Assembly: GCA_963667015.2 (NCBI GenBank)
Contig: CAXXJJ010000004.1
Coordinates: 3,392,001 to 3,456,000 of the forward strand
Direction: 5' to 3'
Source of the DNA: Desulfatiglandales bacterium
GTDB lineage: Bacteria; Desulfobacterota; DSM-4660; Desulfatiglandales; HGW-15
Length of the DNA: 64,000 bases
Of this stretch, positions 1 to 10,232 are shown piece by piece. Both the position numbers and the translations under genes were made by a program. A model generated the notes under the pieces. The model was given only the letters and a program-made list of their open reading frames with translations. It ran no database searches and had not been told where the DNA came from. How positions within the stretch are numbered: the stretch's first letter is position 1; every line of letters begins with the position of its first letter.

Positions 1-686
1 TCAAGCTGCCCTGCATTGCCTGAGTGGGCATATTCCCCGCCTGCAATATCACCAAAGTGGGTATAGCCAAAGACATTGAGCCTGTGATTTACGCCAACCA
101 TTACAGCGCCCCTGCGGGCAAGGTTGGTGCCGTCATAGAGCAGGTCCGAGGAGGAACCCTGGGCAAATCCTCCTCCATGGAGCCATACCATAACAGGCCG
201 TTTCTCCTTTGAATCAAGAGAGGGTGTCCAGATGTTCAGGAACAGGCAGTCTTCACTTTCAGGGGCCGGCACACGGAATCCATCGGAAGCCCAGAGTATT
301 TTACCTATTTCCGAATCCAGTGATAAAGAACTCTGAGCCGCGGGATTAGTCTGTGGCGCCCGGTATCCATAGGATGATGCATCCCGGATTTCGGTCCAGG
401 GTTTTGGAGGCTTCGGCGGTTTGAAACGGTTTTCTCCGCCGGTTGAAGCGCCGTAGCGGACACCCCTGAATGTATAGATATCCTGGTTAATATAGCCTCT
501 TATTTTTCCATAGGTGGTTTCTACAAGCGGATCAATCAATGGAGCTTTTTCTGCCACTGGCTGGCATCCCGGAGTTAATCCCACTGCAAGTCCGCCTGCG
601 GTAAAGGCCATTGCGCGGAAAACAGAACGACGGCTTACAGGCTGTTGAAGAACTGACTGGCTTACAAGACTGGATTTTTCTTTCAT
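1..686 (-). CDS. Type-B carboxylesterase/lipase with Tat-like signal (runs off the window edge)
   Basis: Not in the ORF track. Manual translation from the ATG at 686 (GGAGGGA RBS upstream) gives MKEKSS...VSRRSVF (twin-Arg), VETTYGKIRG, ESEDCLFLNIWTP, RPVMVWLHGGGF, NHRLNVFGY and SGNAGQL, all COesterase motifs. Confidence 0.9.
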   Translation of the reverse strand, partial: MKEKSSLVSQSVLQQPVSRRSVFRAMAFTAGGLAVGLTPGCQPVAEKAPLIDPLVETTYGKIRGYINQDIYTFRGVRYGASTGGENRFKPPKPPKPWTEIRDASSYGYRAPQTNPAAQSSLSLDSEIGKILWASDGFRVPAPESEDCLFLNIWTPSLDSKEKRPVMVWLHGGGFAQGSSSDLLYDGTNLARRGAVMVGVNHRLNVFGYTHFGDIAGGEYAHSGNAGQL

Positions 687-720
687 TGAATCCCTCCTTT
701 AAAAGTTTCAATGTTATAGA

Positions 721-1431
721 TTATCTGCATTCAAAATTTAAGGCATCTTTGCTGTCTCCATTACCTGTATAGTAGGGATATTTGGGGTAGGGGCAGAGAG
801 GCCTGCTTAATCCGGGCAGATTTGTCCCTGTGGCAATAATCCTGTCCGGAGCAATATCCTTTTCCACCCAGTCGACAATGGCACTAAGTATATCAAAGGA
901 ATCAACGGTTTTATCTCCCCCCCTGCAATGTCCCATTCCCGGAACAAGGAACAGCCTGCTCCATCCTGATACCTTCTGAGCCCCGCCATTATCCCTTATA
1001 AGCCTTTTATAGTAATCAACCGTGTCCAGGGCAGAAAACCACGGGTCGCTTATGCCGTGATAAAATATCAGCTTTCCGCCGTTTCCGGAAAATGTGCTCA
1101 GATTGGTCCAGAGGTACGTATTCCCGGCAGCAGCCACTCCATCAGTCTTTTCGATATACTCCCGGTCCACATCCATGTTTGTATCACTTATCGGTGGACC
1201 CAGCACGCTATCTGCCTGGACAAGAAGTCCGGGAATTCCGGTCTTTGCATCCAGGCCGGTATCAAGAAGGAAAGGAGAATATACCCTCATTCCGCAGGAT
1301 GTCACCGGTCCTGCCAGCCCCTGCTTTAAGGCCTTTACCTGTTTTGGGGATAAACACTCGTCTGTCTTCTCTCCCCTGCACATAATATCATCAGGGGTGA
1401 AGCCGCATCCATCAAAATTAAAATTTATAAA
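721..1431 (-). pseudogene. Tannase/feruloyl esterase family, C-terminal half only
   Basis: Contains GGKLIFYHGISDPWFS, RLFLVPGMGHCRGG and SRPLCPYP. The N-terminal half with the nucleophile Ser motif is absent. The frame is open only up to the stop codon of the upstream permease. Confidence 0.8.
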
Positions 1432-2685
1432 TCATTTCTTATTCTTGGAAACTACATCAACATAAACCGCAATTATTAAAACAAGGCCCTGGACGATCAT
1501 CTGTTTTGAATTAGTCCAGCCCAGTAGGTCCATACCATTATTAAGGCTGCCCATAACCAGTGCACCTACTACCGCCCCGGCAACCGTGCCTTCGCCGCCC
1601 ATAAGGCTTGTTCCGCCGATAACGCAGGCAGCAATGGTAAGGAGTTCATATAGGTTTCCTCCGGAGGTTGTCCCTGCAGAAACATATCCTGTTAAAACGA
1701 TCCCGGCAACGGCACATAAAATTCCCATCAGGATATATACCTTAAATACTATCATGCCGGTATTGATGCCTGAAAGACGGGTAGCCTCCTTGTTGCCTCC
1801 ATATGCATAGATGTAGCGTCCAAAGCGTGTATTCCTGGTTATGTAAGTAAAAATCAACAGGATGATTACCAGAAGGAGCACGGGATTTTGAATCCCCTCA
1901 TAGCCGTTTGCAATGTACAGGACATAGAAGAGGACAATGGCAGAGATTGCCACAGCCTTGAACAGGTCCCTGTATACCGGATATTTTTCAAATCCGTATT
2001 TGAATTTCTGATTTCGTCCCCACATGATCACAACAAAGATACATGCGACAACCAGCACAGCAAGTATAATCCCTATATTTTTGGGAATATATCCCTGGCC
2101 TATTTCCACCAGCGTGTTTTCAACAGGACTTATTGTCCTGCCGCCGCTGACCAGTAAAACACCGCCCCTGAAGGCAAGATATCCGCCCAGTGTAACAATA
2201 AAGGCAGGTATTTTAAGGTAGGCAATAAGTGTCCCATGCCATATGCCGATTATAAGCCCGACAACGAGCGCGACAACAACGGACAGTGCTGTGGAAATGA
2301 CCCCGTTCATACTGGTCTCAATGCCCAGAAATGTTGTCTGTGCTTCAAGGGATGGGAAGAGCCCGGCTAAAAAATCAGGAAATATAAAATACTGGCAGTA
2401 TGCCACGATTATACTGATAAATCCGACTACAGAACCAACCGAAAGATCTATGTTTCCGGTTACTATTACAGGAACCATACCGATAGCGAGTATTGCTATG
2501 AGTGCAGTCTGCCTGACGAGGTTTGATAGATTGCGGGGCTCAAAGAATACGCCGTCTGTTAAGATGCTGAACAGGATCCAGATTACAGCAAGGGCAATAA
2601 CCATTGAGTATGTGCGAAAATGTGCGTGTATTGAATCAGCTATTTTACCTTTATTCTTCTGTATCGTTCCTGTAACGTTTGTCAT
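1432..2685 (-). CDS. xylH: Monosaccharide ABC transporter permease (XylH/GguB-like)
   Basis: Multi-TM protein with GNIDLSVGS, IPAFIVTLG, TRFGRYIYAYGGNKEATRLSGI and IAACVIGGTSLMGGEG. Confidence 0.88.
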   Translation of the reverse strand: MTNVTGTIQKNKGKIADSIHAHFRTYSMVIALAVIWILFSILTDGVFFEPRNLSNLVRQTALIAILAIGMVPVIVTGNIDLSVGSVVGFISIIVAYCQYFIFPDFLAGLFPSLEAQTTFLGIETSMNGVISTALSVVVALVVGLIIGIWHGTLIAYLKIPAFIVTLGGYLAFRGGVLLVSGGRTISPVENTLVEIGQGYIPKNIGIILAVLVVACIFVVIMWGRNQKFKYGFEKYPVYRDLFKAVAISAIVLFYVLYIANGYEGIQNPVLLLVIILLIFTYITRNTRFGRYIYAYGGNKEATRLSGINTGMIVFKVYILMGILCAVAGIVLTGYVSAGTTSGGNLYELLTIAACVIGGTSLMGGEGTVAGAVVGALVMGSLNNGMDLLGWTNSKQMIVQGLVLIIAVYVDVVSKNKK

Positions 2686-2696
2686 TCTTTCTCCTG

Positions 2697-4242
2697 TTAA
2701 TCTGCTGTTCCTGTTGCCAGCGTCATAATCCTTTCCTGTGTTGCATATTCATCGTTATCTATTATTCCTGTGCACCTGCCTTCGTGCATTACAAGTATCC
2801 TGTCGCTCATCCCCAGAATTTCGGGGAGTTCGCTTGAGACCATTATTATAGCCACCCCCTGATTGGCCAGGGTGTTCATAAGTTTGTATATTTCATACTT
2901 GGCTCCCACATCTATGCCGCGGGTCGGTTCGTCCAGGATAAGTATTTTGGGATTTGACATTATGCATTTGGCAAGTACCACCTTCTGCTGATTTCCGCCG
3001 CTCAATGATTCCACAATCGAGTGCACGGACGGGCTCTTTACTGATAACCTTTTAGACATCTTATCGCATTCATAATACTCTTTATGCTGATTTACGCTGA
3101 ATCTTCCGGTAAACCGGTCCATGTTGGGCAATGAGATATTTTTCAGTATGGACTGGCCAAGCACAAGGCCCAGGAGTTTCCTGTCTTCAGGGACAAGGCT
3201 TATTCCGTTATCTATTGCATCGCGGGCAGAACAGATTGAAACATCTTCGCCGTCTATGTTTATCGCACCACGGCAATTCCTGCCGTATTCACCGAATATT
3301 GCCGATACCAGCTCCGTACGCCCTGAACCCATCAAACCCGCAATGCCAAGTATCTCACCCTTCCTGAGGGAAAAACTTACATCATCAACAAGCTTTTTAT
3401 GCTGGAGTGCGGGATCAGGAACTGATATTTCCTTTACATTCAGTACAACGTCACCGGGGTTTCTTGACTCGGTGGGAAAGCGTTCGGTCATCTCCCGGCC
3501 GACCATCATGGAGATTATCTTTTCATTGGTAAGTTCTTTTGTCTTTACGGTATCGACAACCGTCCCGTCACGAAAAACAGTAATGGTGTCTGTTATCCTG
3601 AAAAACTCATTAAGCTTATGGGTGATATATATGCAGGTAATACCGTCATTCCTGAGGCGTTCGAGAATCTCCATCAGGGTATCTACTTCCGCTTCGGTCA
3701 GGGCCGATGTCGGTTCATCAAGGATAAGGACCTTTACATTTTCAGCCAGGGGCCTTTGCAATAACAACCATCTGCTGTTTACCCACACCAAGTGATGAAA
3801 CCTTTGCCGAAAAGGGAATGTTAAGATTGTATTTTTTGAGTATCTGCCTTGTATCCGCATAGAGCCTGTTCCAGTTAACGCCGCCCTTGCCTGTTTTGGG
3901 CTCTCTCCCCAGAAAGATATTCTCGCCAACAGTCATCTCCGGAACAAGAATCAGTTCCTGATAAACAACTGCAATTCCCTTTTCAATTGCGGTTTTTACT
4001 CCCAGGTGATCGAAGCGCAAAGGTTCATTATCGTAAATAATGTCCCCGGTATAGGTGTCAGCAGGGTAAACGCCAGAAAGAATTTTTACCAGAGTTGATT
4101 TGCCTGCACCGTTCTCTCCGCAGAGCCCGTGGATCTCACCCCTCTTTATCTTAAAGGAGATATTCGAAAGAGCGGTTACACCTGGAAATTTTTTTGTGAC
4201 GTTTTTTATTTCTAAAATATAGTCATCCATATTATAAACCAT
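2697..4242 (-). pseudogene. xylG: Sugar ABC transporter double-NBD ATPase (XylG-like), frameshifted near 3750
   Basis: ORF 3742-4242 carries Walker A (GENGAGKST). ORF 2697-3929 carries ILDEPT, LSGGNQQK and DEPTRGIDVGAK. Removing one C from GCAAAGGCCCCTGGCTGAA restores AKALAENVK. Confidence 0.85.
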
Positions 4243-5327
4243 TACGGTTTCGGCGGTCTTTCATCCTCGGGCATTCCTGCATATACTTCTTCCCATTTCT
4301 GGAATCCGCTCTTTACGACAACATCATATATATTGCTTTTATCAACCTGTACTACTTTCAGGAATTTACAGGGAACTTCACCCTTTAAATTCTTTTCCAG
4401 TGTCAGCTCAGCCAGGGAGAAATTTTCGAGGCCTTCTATTTGTTCTCCATTAGCAAGTTTGATTGCAATGTCAACTGCAAGAGGAGTAAGTTTGCGGACA
4501 TCCTTAAAAACAGTCATGGTGAGGTCACCGTCAACTATTGATCGGCACCCTGCTGCCGTTGCATCCTGACCGGAGATAGGAACCTTGCCATTCAGTTTTT
4601 GTGCCTTCAGTGCCTGTATGGCTCCCAGTGCTGTACCGTCATTTGAAGCTACAACCGCATCGATCTCATTTTTCCGAGAGGTGAGTATGTTTTCCATTTT
4701 CCTGAGGGCAATTTCCTGTTCCCAGTTATCTACCCACTGGTCAGCTACAATCTGAATCTGGCCGCTGTCAACAAGAGGCTGCAATACCTCCATCTGACCG
4801 TTCCTGAAAAGAACAGCATTATTATCTGTAGGGCTTCCACCCAGCATGACAAACCGACCGTTGTCTCTGGCCTTTAGTACGCCCAGTGCCTGCTGCCGTC
4901 CGACCTCAACATTATCAAAAGATATATAACACGCAAGTTTTGGTGTTTTTATCAGCCTGTCATATGCAACACAGGGAACCCCGGCCCGAGCGGCCTTATC
5001 AACTGCAATGGAGCAGGAAGCGCCGTCTTCAGCAACAATAAGTATTGCCTTTGCACCCTGGGTAACCATGTTTTCAATCTGGTCATTCTGTGTTTTGGTG
5101 TCATGGTTGGCTCCCTGGGCAATGACCTCATATCCCCTGTCTTCCAGCATTTTAGTCATAATGTCACGTTCGACTGCCCATCGCTCTGTTGCAAAATCAG
5201 AAAAGGATAGACCTATCTTTATTTTTTTATCGCTGTCTTTTGCTTCTTCATCATTATTCTTTGAACATCCAAAGGATCCGAAACTGATCAGTGCGGCAAT
5301 GGATATTACAATCAGAAATTTTCTCAT
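4242..5327 (-). CDS. xylF: Sugar ABC transporter substrate-binding lipoprotein (XylF-like)
   Basis: Likely start at 5327 (AGGAGGGAG RBS). Lipobox-like SFGC, then KIGLSFSDFATERW, AYDRLI, ISFDNVEVG, GGSPTDNNA and ISGQDA. Confidence 0.88.
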   Translation of the reverse strand: MRKFLIVISIAALISFGSFGCSKNNDEEAKDSDKKIKIGLSFSDFATERWAVERDIMTKMLEDRGYEVIAQGANHDTKTQNDQIENMVTQGAKAILIVAEDGASCSIAVDKAARAGVPCVAYDRLIKTPKLACYISFDNVEVGRQQALGVLKARDNGRFVMLGGSPTDNNAVLFRNGQMEVLQPLVDSGQIQIVADQWVDNWEQEIALRKMENILTSRKNEIDAVVASNDGTALGAIQALKAQKLNGKVPISGQDATAAGCRSIVDGDLTMTVFKDVRKLTPLAVDIAIKLANGEQIEGLENFSLAELTLEKNLKGEVPCKFLKVVQVDKSNIYDVVVKSGFQKWEEVYAGMPEDERPPKP

Positions 5328-5909
5328 AGTGCTCCCTCCTGGAAAATTGAAATGCAAAATAAATTCAGTAATTTTACTGTAATATGATATGGATTTGCAT
5401 TCATTTCTATATACCATCATTCATTCTTCTTCAAGCTAAAGAATAACTTCCTGGAGCATTATAAAATGCTATTAAATACACTGGCTGCATTCATCTCGTC
5501 CCCAGCCTCTTTGTTCACTGTTCCGGATCATTTCTTTTTTCCTCCGGCATCAGTCATTTTGCAGATATCCGGGAGTATCAGTGATACTTATGTATGGCCC
5601 CATAATTGCAATTTATATTTTTTATTTTACTTTTTTGACAAAAAAATCCGGCTTGGGGCAAATATATGATAATTTATAAAGATTAGCTTAATTAATCTTG
5701 GGCTTAAATTATATGGCATTTTTTCAGACCGCTGTGGGGATGTCAATATATTACCATGCAAGAAAGAATCAACAGAAATTAAATGATATTGTCTCATGCT
5801 AAAAAATATATTCTGGAAGGTTCTGGTAAAAAAGTTAAGACTCTTTATTAACAACAGGAAAAAATTATGACTCTCAAAGAAAATCTTAGAAAATTAGAGC
5901 AAAAATACC

Positions 5910-6047
5910 GGCTGGAACATTACCCATATTATTCAGGCACCGATGTCGTCTGAAAGGTTTCAGGCCAATGTGGCGGCGGCAATGCAGAAAAAGAAGATAC
6001 TTGGTGTTACCAGCAGGTATGTGGTGGTGGCTGGCAAAACAGGCTGA
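5910..6047 (+). pseudogene. 3' fragment (45 codons) of a paralogue of the ParB-methyltransferase at 16810-18222
   Basis: Translates GWNITHIIQAPMSSERFQANVAAAMQKKKILGVTSRYVVVAGKTG*, versus GWEVSHIIQAPMSSERFQANVVAAMQ... in the intact gene. Confidence 0.9.
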
Positions 6048-6202
6048 AGACTGTTAGCCTGAAGGCTGTTAGGGAAGGCATGTTGGAACAGTAAAATGTA
6101 ATCTTACTTCTTATCAAATATGAAAGAAATTGTAGTATCCAAACCAGGAATGGTTACAGCATCTTAGACCTTTTGAAAAGAAATATGGTAAAACTCGAAA
6201 TA

Positions 6203-6410
6203 TCACTCTGTGACAGTTTCTGGTTCAGATTCGGGTTTATCCAGACCTTTTGCCTTGTCATAATTTTTTGCCAGATTCAGGTTTATAACAGTTGTAACAT
6301 CAACCCCGGTAAAATCAGCCCCCTCCAGGTCTGCGCCGTTCATCTTTGCATCTTTAAATTCAATGCCCTCAAGGCTGGAATTAGCCAGTACTGCATACTG
6401 AAGAGCTGAC
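6203..6410 (-). pseudogene. Internally deleted 3' fragment of the pentapeptide-repeat gene
   Basis: LQYAVLANSSLEGIEFKDAK is joined directly to MNGADLEGADFTGVDVTTVINLNLAKNYDKAKGLDKPE. The two blocks are 495 bp apart in the intact gene at 18378-19925. Confidence 0.9.
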
Positions 6411-6471
6411 ACTGTTGTTTTGCTGTTTCTTTTGTAGTTTTTCCCTGTTCTTGGATGCAACCTGTCAAATG

Positions 6472-6558
6472 TCAAGAAGCGACCCCGTTGCTTTCATTAA
6501 TATTTGGCGGCCTGCCTATTTCCAGAGCCTTTTCAAAATCTTTGTTCTGATCAGCCAT
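6472..6558 (-). pseudogene. 5' stub, probably of a class II fructose-bisphosphate aldolase
   Basis: Strong RBS (GGAGGAG), then MADQNKDFEKALEIGRPPNI, which from memory resembles the N-terminus of Desulfobacterota class II aldolases. Stops after 28 codons. Confidence 0.5.
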
Positions 6559-6825
6559 CTTCTCCTCCGAGATAAATTGAACTGGCAATTTTAATAAAAG
6601 CCTGATTATAAATATATTCAAATAAACCTGGAATATTATTAAAAAGAGTCATTTAACCATCAATAATAGCAGTGTGTTAAGGAACATAAGATCTCGGGAA
6701 ATAATAAAAAAATACTGAGCCTGAAACACCGGTAAAAGTCAGTTTTTCCTTAATTATTTAAATAGTTACCATTAAAAACATGCAGGGAAATCCGAAAAAG
6801 AATGAATTAATGAAGTTTTACTCTA

Positions 6826-7101
6826 TCAAGGTTGCGCCTCTTTTTGAACAGCCTGCGCTACCAATTTTACACCAAGTGCAGAGCATACACGGCTTATTGT
6901 ATCAAAACGTGGATGCGAGTTTGGCCGTAGGGCTTTGTATAACGCCTCTCGGGATATCCCCGCAGCATTAGCCACCTCTGTCATCCCTCTTGCCCGTGCA
7001 GCGACTCCAAGGGCGTGTGCCAGCTCTCCTGGGTCTCCATCTTCGATAACAATCGTTAAGTAGGCGGCTATATCCTCTTCGCTTTTCAGGTGAACCGGAT
7101 A
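6826..7101 (-). pseudogene. Addiction-module antidote protein (HI1420-like HTH antitoxin), 5'-truncated
   Basis: Not in the ORF track. Translates HLKSEEDIAAYLTIVIEDGDPGELAHALGVAARARGMTEVANAAGISREALYKALRPNSHPRFDTISRVCSALGVKL. An in-frame TAA lies at 7102-7104 and there is no start codon before the homologous region. Confidence 0.85.
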
Positions 7102-7119
7102 TTAATATGGTTGATCCTC

Positions 7120-7315
7120 TGATTTTTACGCCCTTTTATAGAGGATATTTCAATACAGGTGACTTTGCAGGGCAGGCATTTGATATTGGAAAGGATTAGT
7201 TGAAGAGATAGATAAACCGGTGGGGCATAATCCACCCCCACAAAAATTTCGGAAGGCCAGGCCCCTATGCTAATGCCTTGAAAGTTTTAGTAGGGCGGCA
7301 TTTTATATGCCGCCG
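7120..7315 (+). repeat. ~195-bp direct repeat, copy 1, ending in a GTAG REP-like palindrome
   Basis: Matches 9732-9928 with scattered substitutions. Ends GTAGGGCGGCATTTTATATGCCGCC. Confidence 0.95.
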
Positions 7316-7481
7316 GTGAGTTGGGGATGCTGGATAACTATTTTGAGTTTTCCCTTGTTGATTTCAATAAACGTAACTTAAACTCCATTGCCTTAAGGCG
7401 ATAAAGTGTCAATGTCAAGGACAGACCCCGGTATTTTCCATGATAAAAATAAAAGACTTTTCTTCATGTAAATACATCAGG

Positions 7482-9467
7482 TTATTCTTTCAAAGACGCC
7501 TTGTCCAGAACTTCCCTCATCTTCTGGGACAATGTATGTAGATCAAAGGGCTTCTGAATAAAACCCTTGCAGCCTTTTTCTAATATATGAGTTGCCTGGC
7601 CGTTCACGCTGTATCCGCTTGACAAAAGGACTTTTATCTTCGGGTTAATCTCCTTAAGCCGGTCAAAGACCTTTTCACCGTTCATGCCCGGCATTATCAT
7701 GTCAAGTATTACCAGGTCGATTTTTTCTTTATTTTCCTGATAAATCTGAATAGCCTCTTCGCCATTTTCAGATGTAAAGACCACGTAGCCCAATTTTTCA
7801 AGCATGTGCTTTCCTACTTCGATGATAAGATTTTCATCATCCACCAGCAATATGTTTTCTTTGCCCATAACAATTTCTTCTATAACAGGCGCCTCTTTTA
7901 CCGCTTCCTTTTCTGTAGCGGGCAGATACAGTTTAAATGTGGTTCCCCGCCCTTTTTCGCTATAGACATCAATGAAGCCTCCATGGTTTTTCATTATGCC
8001 ATAAACAGAGGCCAGGCCCAGGCCTGTTCCTCTTCCCATTTCTTTTGTAGTGAAAAACGGGTCAAATATCTTTTCCTGTGTGGCCTTGTCCATTCCGATA
8101 CCGTTATCTGTGATGGAAATCCTTACATATCTGCCCGGCTTAATCTCATAGGGTTTCAGAGAAGAGTCCATAAAATCTACATTTTCACTGTCAATATACA
8201 GATCTCCTCCCCCGGGCATAGCCTGCCAGGCATTGACAAAGATATTCATCAGAACCTGATTGATCTGCGCCTGATCAATCTCGCTGGTCCATAAATTTTC
8301 GCACAACCTCTTGTGTATGCTTATCTCTTTTTTCATTCGGCCGAACATATCTGCATTGGATAAAAGCTGTTCATTCAGATTGATCGGCTTAACCTCGTAT
8401 TTCCCCCCCCTGGCAAAGCCAAGCAATTGTTTTGTAAGTGATGCCGCGTTTTTAACGTACTCCTCTATGCCCTTCAGGTGTTCATATTCGGAATCGTTGA
8501 TCTCTTTTTCCATCAGCATCAGAGATGTGCGTCCCTGTATACCCATAAGCAGGTTGTTGAAGTCATGGGCGATACCGCCCGCCAGGGTTCCAAGTGCCTC
8601 CATTCGCTCAGCCCTTTCATACTTGATGCGAAGTTTCTTTTCCTCTTCCTGGGCCTTTTTTCTGTCGGTTATGTCTACCCAGGTACTGAGAGAATACTTA
8701 AATTCACCGTCTTTTATGACAGGAGTCGTGGAAAAAATAACCCAGAATCTCTCTCCGTTCTTATTGGTAAATTCGCCCTCCAAACCTTTAACGCCTTTTA
8801 AGGTAGCCTTCCTCCACTCATCATGTGAAATCGGGTCATCCACCCATGGAAAAGGAAAGGTTTTCCCCAAAAGCTCATCTGATGAATATCCTGTAAGTTC
8901 AGCCAGCGCTGGATTAACATATTCAATCCTTAATTCTTTATTAATCACCATAATGGGGCTGGGAGTATTTAGAAGGATGGAAAAACTGAATTCCTCGCTT
9001 TTTTTTAACTTCCTTTCTATTTCTTTAAGCCTGGTGATATCGGTTACAACGTTATTAAAATAGGTTTTATTTTCAATTTTTGTTAACTTTGATATCACCA
9101 ATATATCCTTGATCTCATTGTCTTTGGTCCTGACCCTTGATTCAAAAGAGACCGGTTCTAATGTGATGTCTTGAGGAGTTTCAAGCGGTTGCAGCGGATC
9201 ATCGCTTTCTGCAAAGTCGGTTGTCTTAAGTTCCGCGAATTCCTCTCGCGAGTACCCGAGGCTTTCATAGGAGTGTCTGTTGAATTCCACAAATTCATCG
9301 GTTTCAGGATCAACAAGGTTTATAGCCACTCCCGCATTATCAAAGATTTTCTCATACTTCTCTTTCCTGTTTAAAAGACTCTCATATTCACCATGAATCG
9401 TTTTCAGGGATTCCTTTAAACGTCTGATCTCGTTTTCAAGGGTTTCGTGTGCGGGATTTTTCTCCAT
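7482..9467 (-). CDS. Cytoplasmic hybrid sensor histidine kinase/response regulator (2 PAS, HisKA, HATPase, REC)
   Basis: [14 protein letters not shown]-box, [28 protein letters not shown], receiver motifs ILLVDDE / LVILDMIMP / FIQKPF. Confidence 0.95.
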   Translation of the reverse strand: MEKNPAHETLENEIRRLKESLKTIHGEYESLLNRKEKYEKIFDNAGVAINLVDPETDEFVEFNRHSYESLGYSREEFAELKTTDFAESDDPLQPLETPQDITLEPVSFESRVRTKDNEIKDILVISKLTKIENKTYFNNVVTDITRLKEIERKLKKSEEFSFSILLNTPSPIMVINKELRIEYVNPALAELTGYSSDELLGKTFPFPWVDDPISHDEWRKATLKGVKGLEGEFTNKNGERFWVIFSTTPVIKDGEFKYSLSTWVDITDRKKAQEEEKKLRIKYERAERMEALGTLAGGIAHDFNNLLMGIQGRTSLMLMEKEINDSEYEHLKGIEEYVKNAASLTKQLLGFARGGKYEVKPINLNEQLLSNADMFGRMKKEISIHKRLCENLWTSEIDQAQINQVLMNIFVNAWQAMPGGGDLYIDSENVDFMDSSLKPYEIKPGRYVRISITDNGIGMDKATQEKIFDPFFTTKEMGRGTGLGLASVYGIMKNHGGFIDVYSEKGRGTTFKLYLPATEKEAVKEAPVIEEIVMGKENILLVDDENLIIEVGKHMLEKLGYVVFTSENGEEAIQIYQENKEKIDLVILDMIMPGMNGEKVFDRLKEINPKIKVLLSSGYSVNGQATHILEKGCKGFIQKPFDLHTLSQKMREVLDKASLKE

Positions 9468-9731
9468 AGAATTATCCTTTTGAAAAAGTCAATCAGGTCA
9501 TGATTATGGCACAAGCCATAATAGCATTAAAATTATGTTTTCTGCCATAATCAGGAATGGATTTTGCTGTTTCCCCGGTCATTGGCTGTATGACAATCTT
9601 GATAAGATCTTTATCCATCCTGGGCCTTATAATCTTTAATTTAATATGGATTCCCTTTTTTAGGAATAAAATATATGGAACTTGGCGCTGTGTGTCAATG
9701 TAAACTCACCCAACCATATGACCAATTTTTT

Positions 9732-9928
9732 TGATTTTTACGCCCTTTTATAGAGGATATTACAATGCAGGTGACTTTGCAGGGCAGGCATTTGATATTG
9801 GAAAGGATTTGTTGAAGAAATAGATAAACCAGTGAGGTATAATCCACCTCCACAAAAATTTCGGAAGGCCAGGCACCTATGCTAAGGCCTTGAAAGTTTT
9901 ACGTAGGGTGGCATTTTATATGCCGCCG
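9732..9928 (+). repeat. ~195-bp direct repeat, copy 2
   Basis: Matches 7120-7315. Confidence 0.95.
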
Positions 9929-9938
9929 ATCTTTTCCT

Positions 9939-9960
9939 ATTAGGGCGTATTCGCCCTAAT
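9939..9960. terminator. Perfect hairpin, possible terminator downstream of res
   Basis: ATTAGGGCG-TATT-CGCCCTAAT, a 9-bp stem. Confidence 0.4.
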
Positions 9961-10232
9961 TAAAATTAATCGTTAACGAATCAATAATTCCAATTTGCAT
10001 GACTTGCCGGCAGTTTATTCAATTCTTCTATTGCATCAGTTTGTACCGGCGCTTATATTATTTTTTACCCGCGTTTTTACCCGCGTTATTCATGGTCTTT
10101 GACAATAATTTTCTGATGTGCAATTCAAAAATCCACTTTAATATATGATATTAATTAAATAGTCGTACCAGTGATACGACAATTTCTTCATCTGCAAGAA
10201 TATATTTATAAGCGGATTGCAATATTGTTGTC

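Larger units (their letters stand above)
5910..6410 (+). repeat. Diverged direct-repeat copy of 18085-19083 (ParB-MTase 3' end, intergenic DNA, pentapeptide gene 3' end) with internal deletions
   Basis: Near-identical stretches such as GTTACCAGCAGGTATGTGGTGGTGGCTGGCAAAACAGGCTGAAGACTGTTAGCCTGAAGGCTGTTAGGGAAGGC occur at about 6006 and 18181. Confidence 0.95.

Noticed and set aside
1432..1434. Selenocysteine or readthrough at the permease TGA producing a permease-tannase fusion
   Set aside because: The permease ends at its normal family C-terminus, the following sequence is AT-rich with no clear SECIS-like hairpin, and the esterase half lacks its nucleophile.
5910..6410. Diversity-generating retroelement template/variable repeat pair with 18085-19083
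   Set aside because: Differences are not adenine-specific, include indels and intergenic DNA, and no reverse transcriptase is in the window.
10063..10087. Short tandem duplication (TTTTTACCCGCG twice)
   Set aside because: Only two copies in intergenic DNA, with no support for function.
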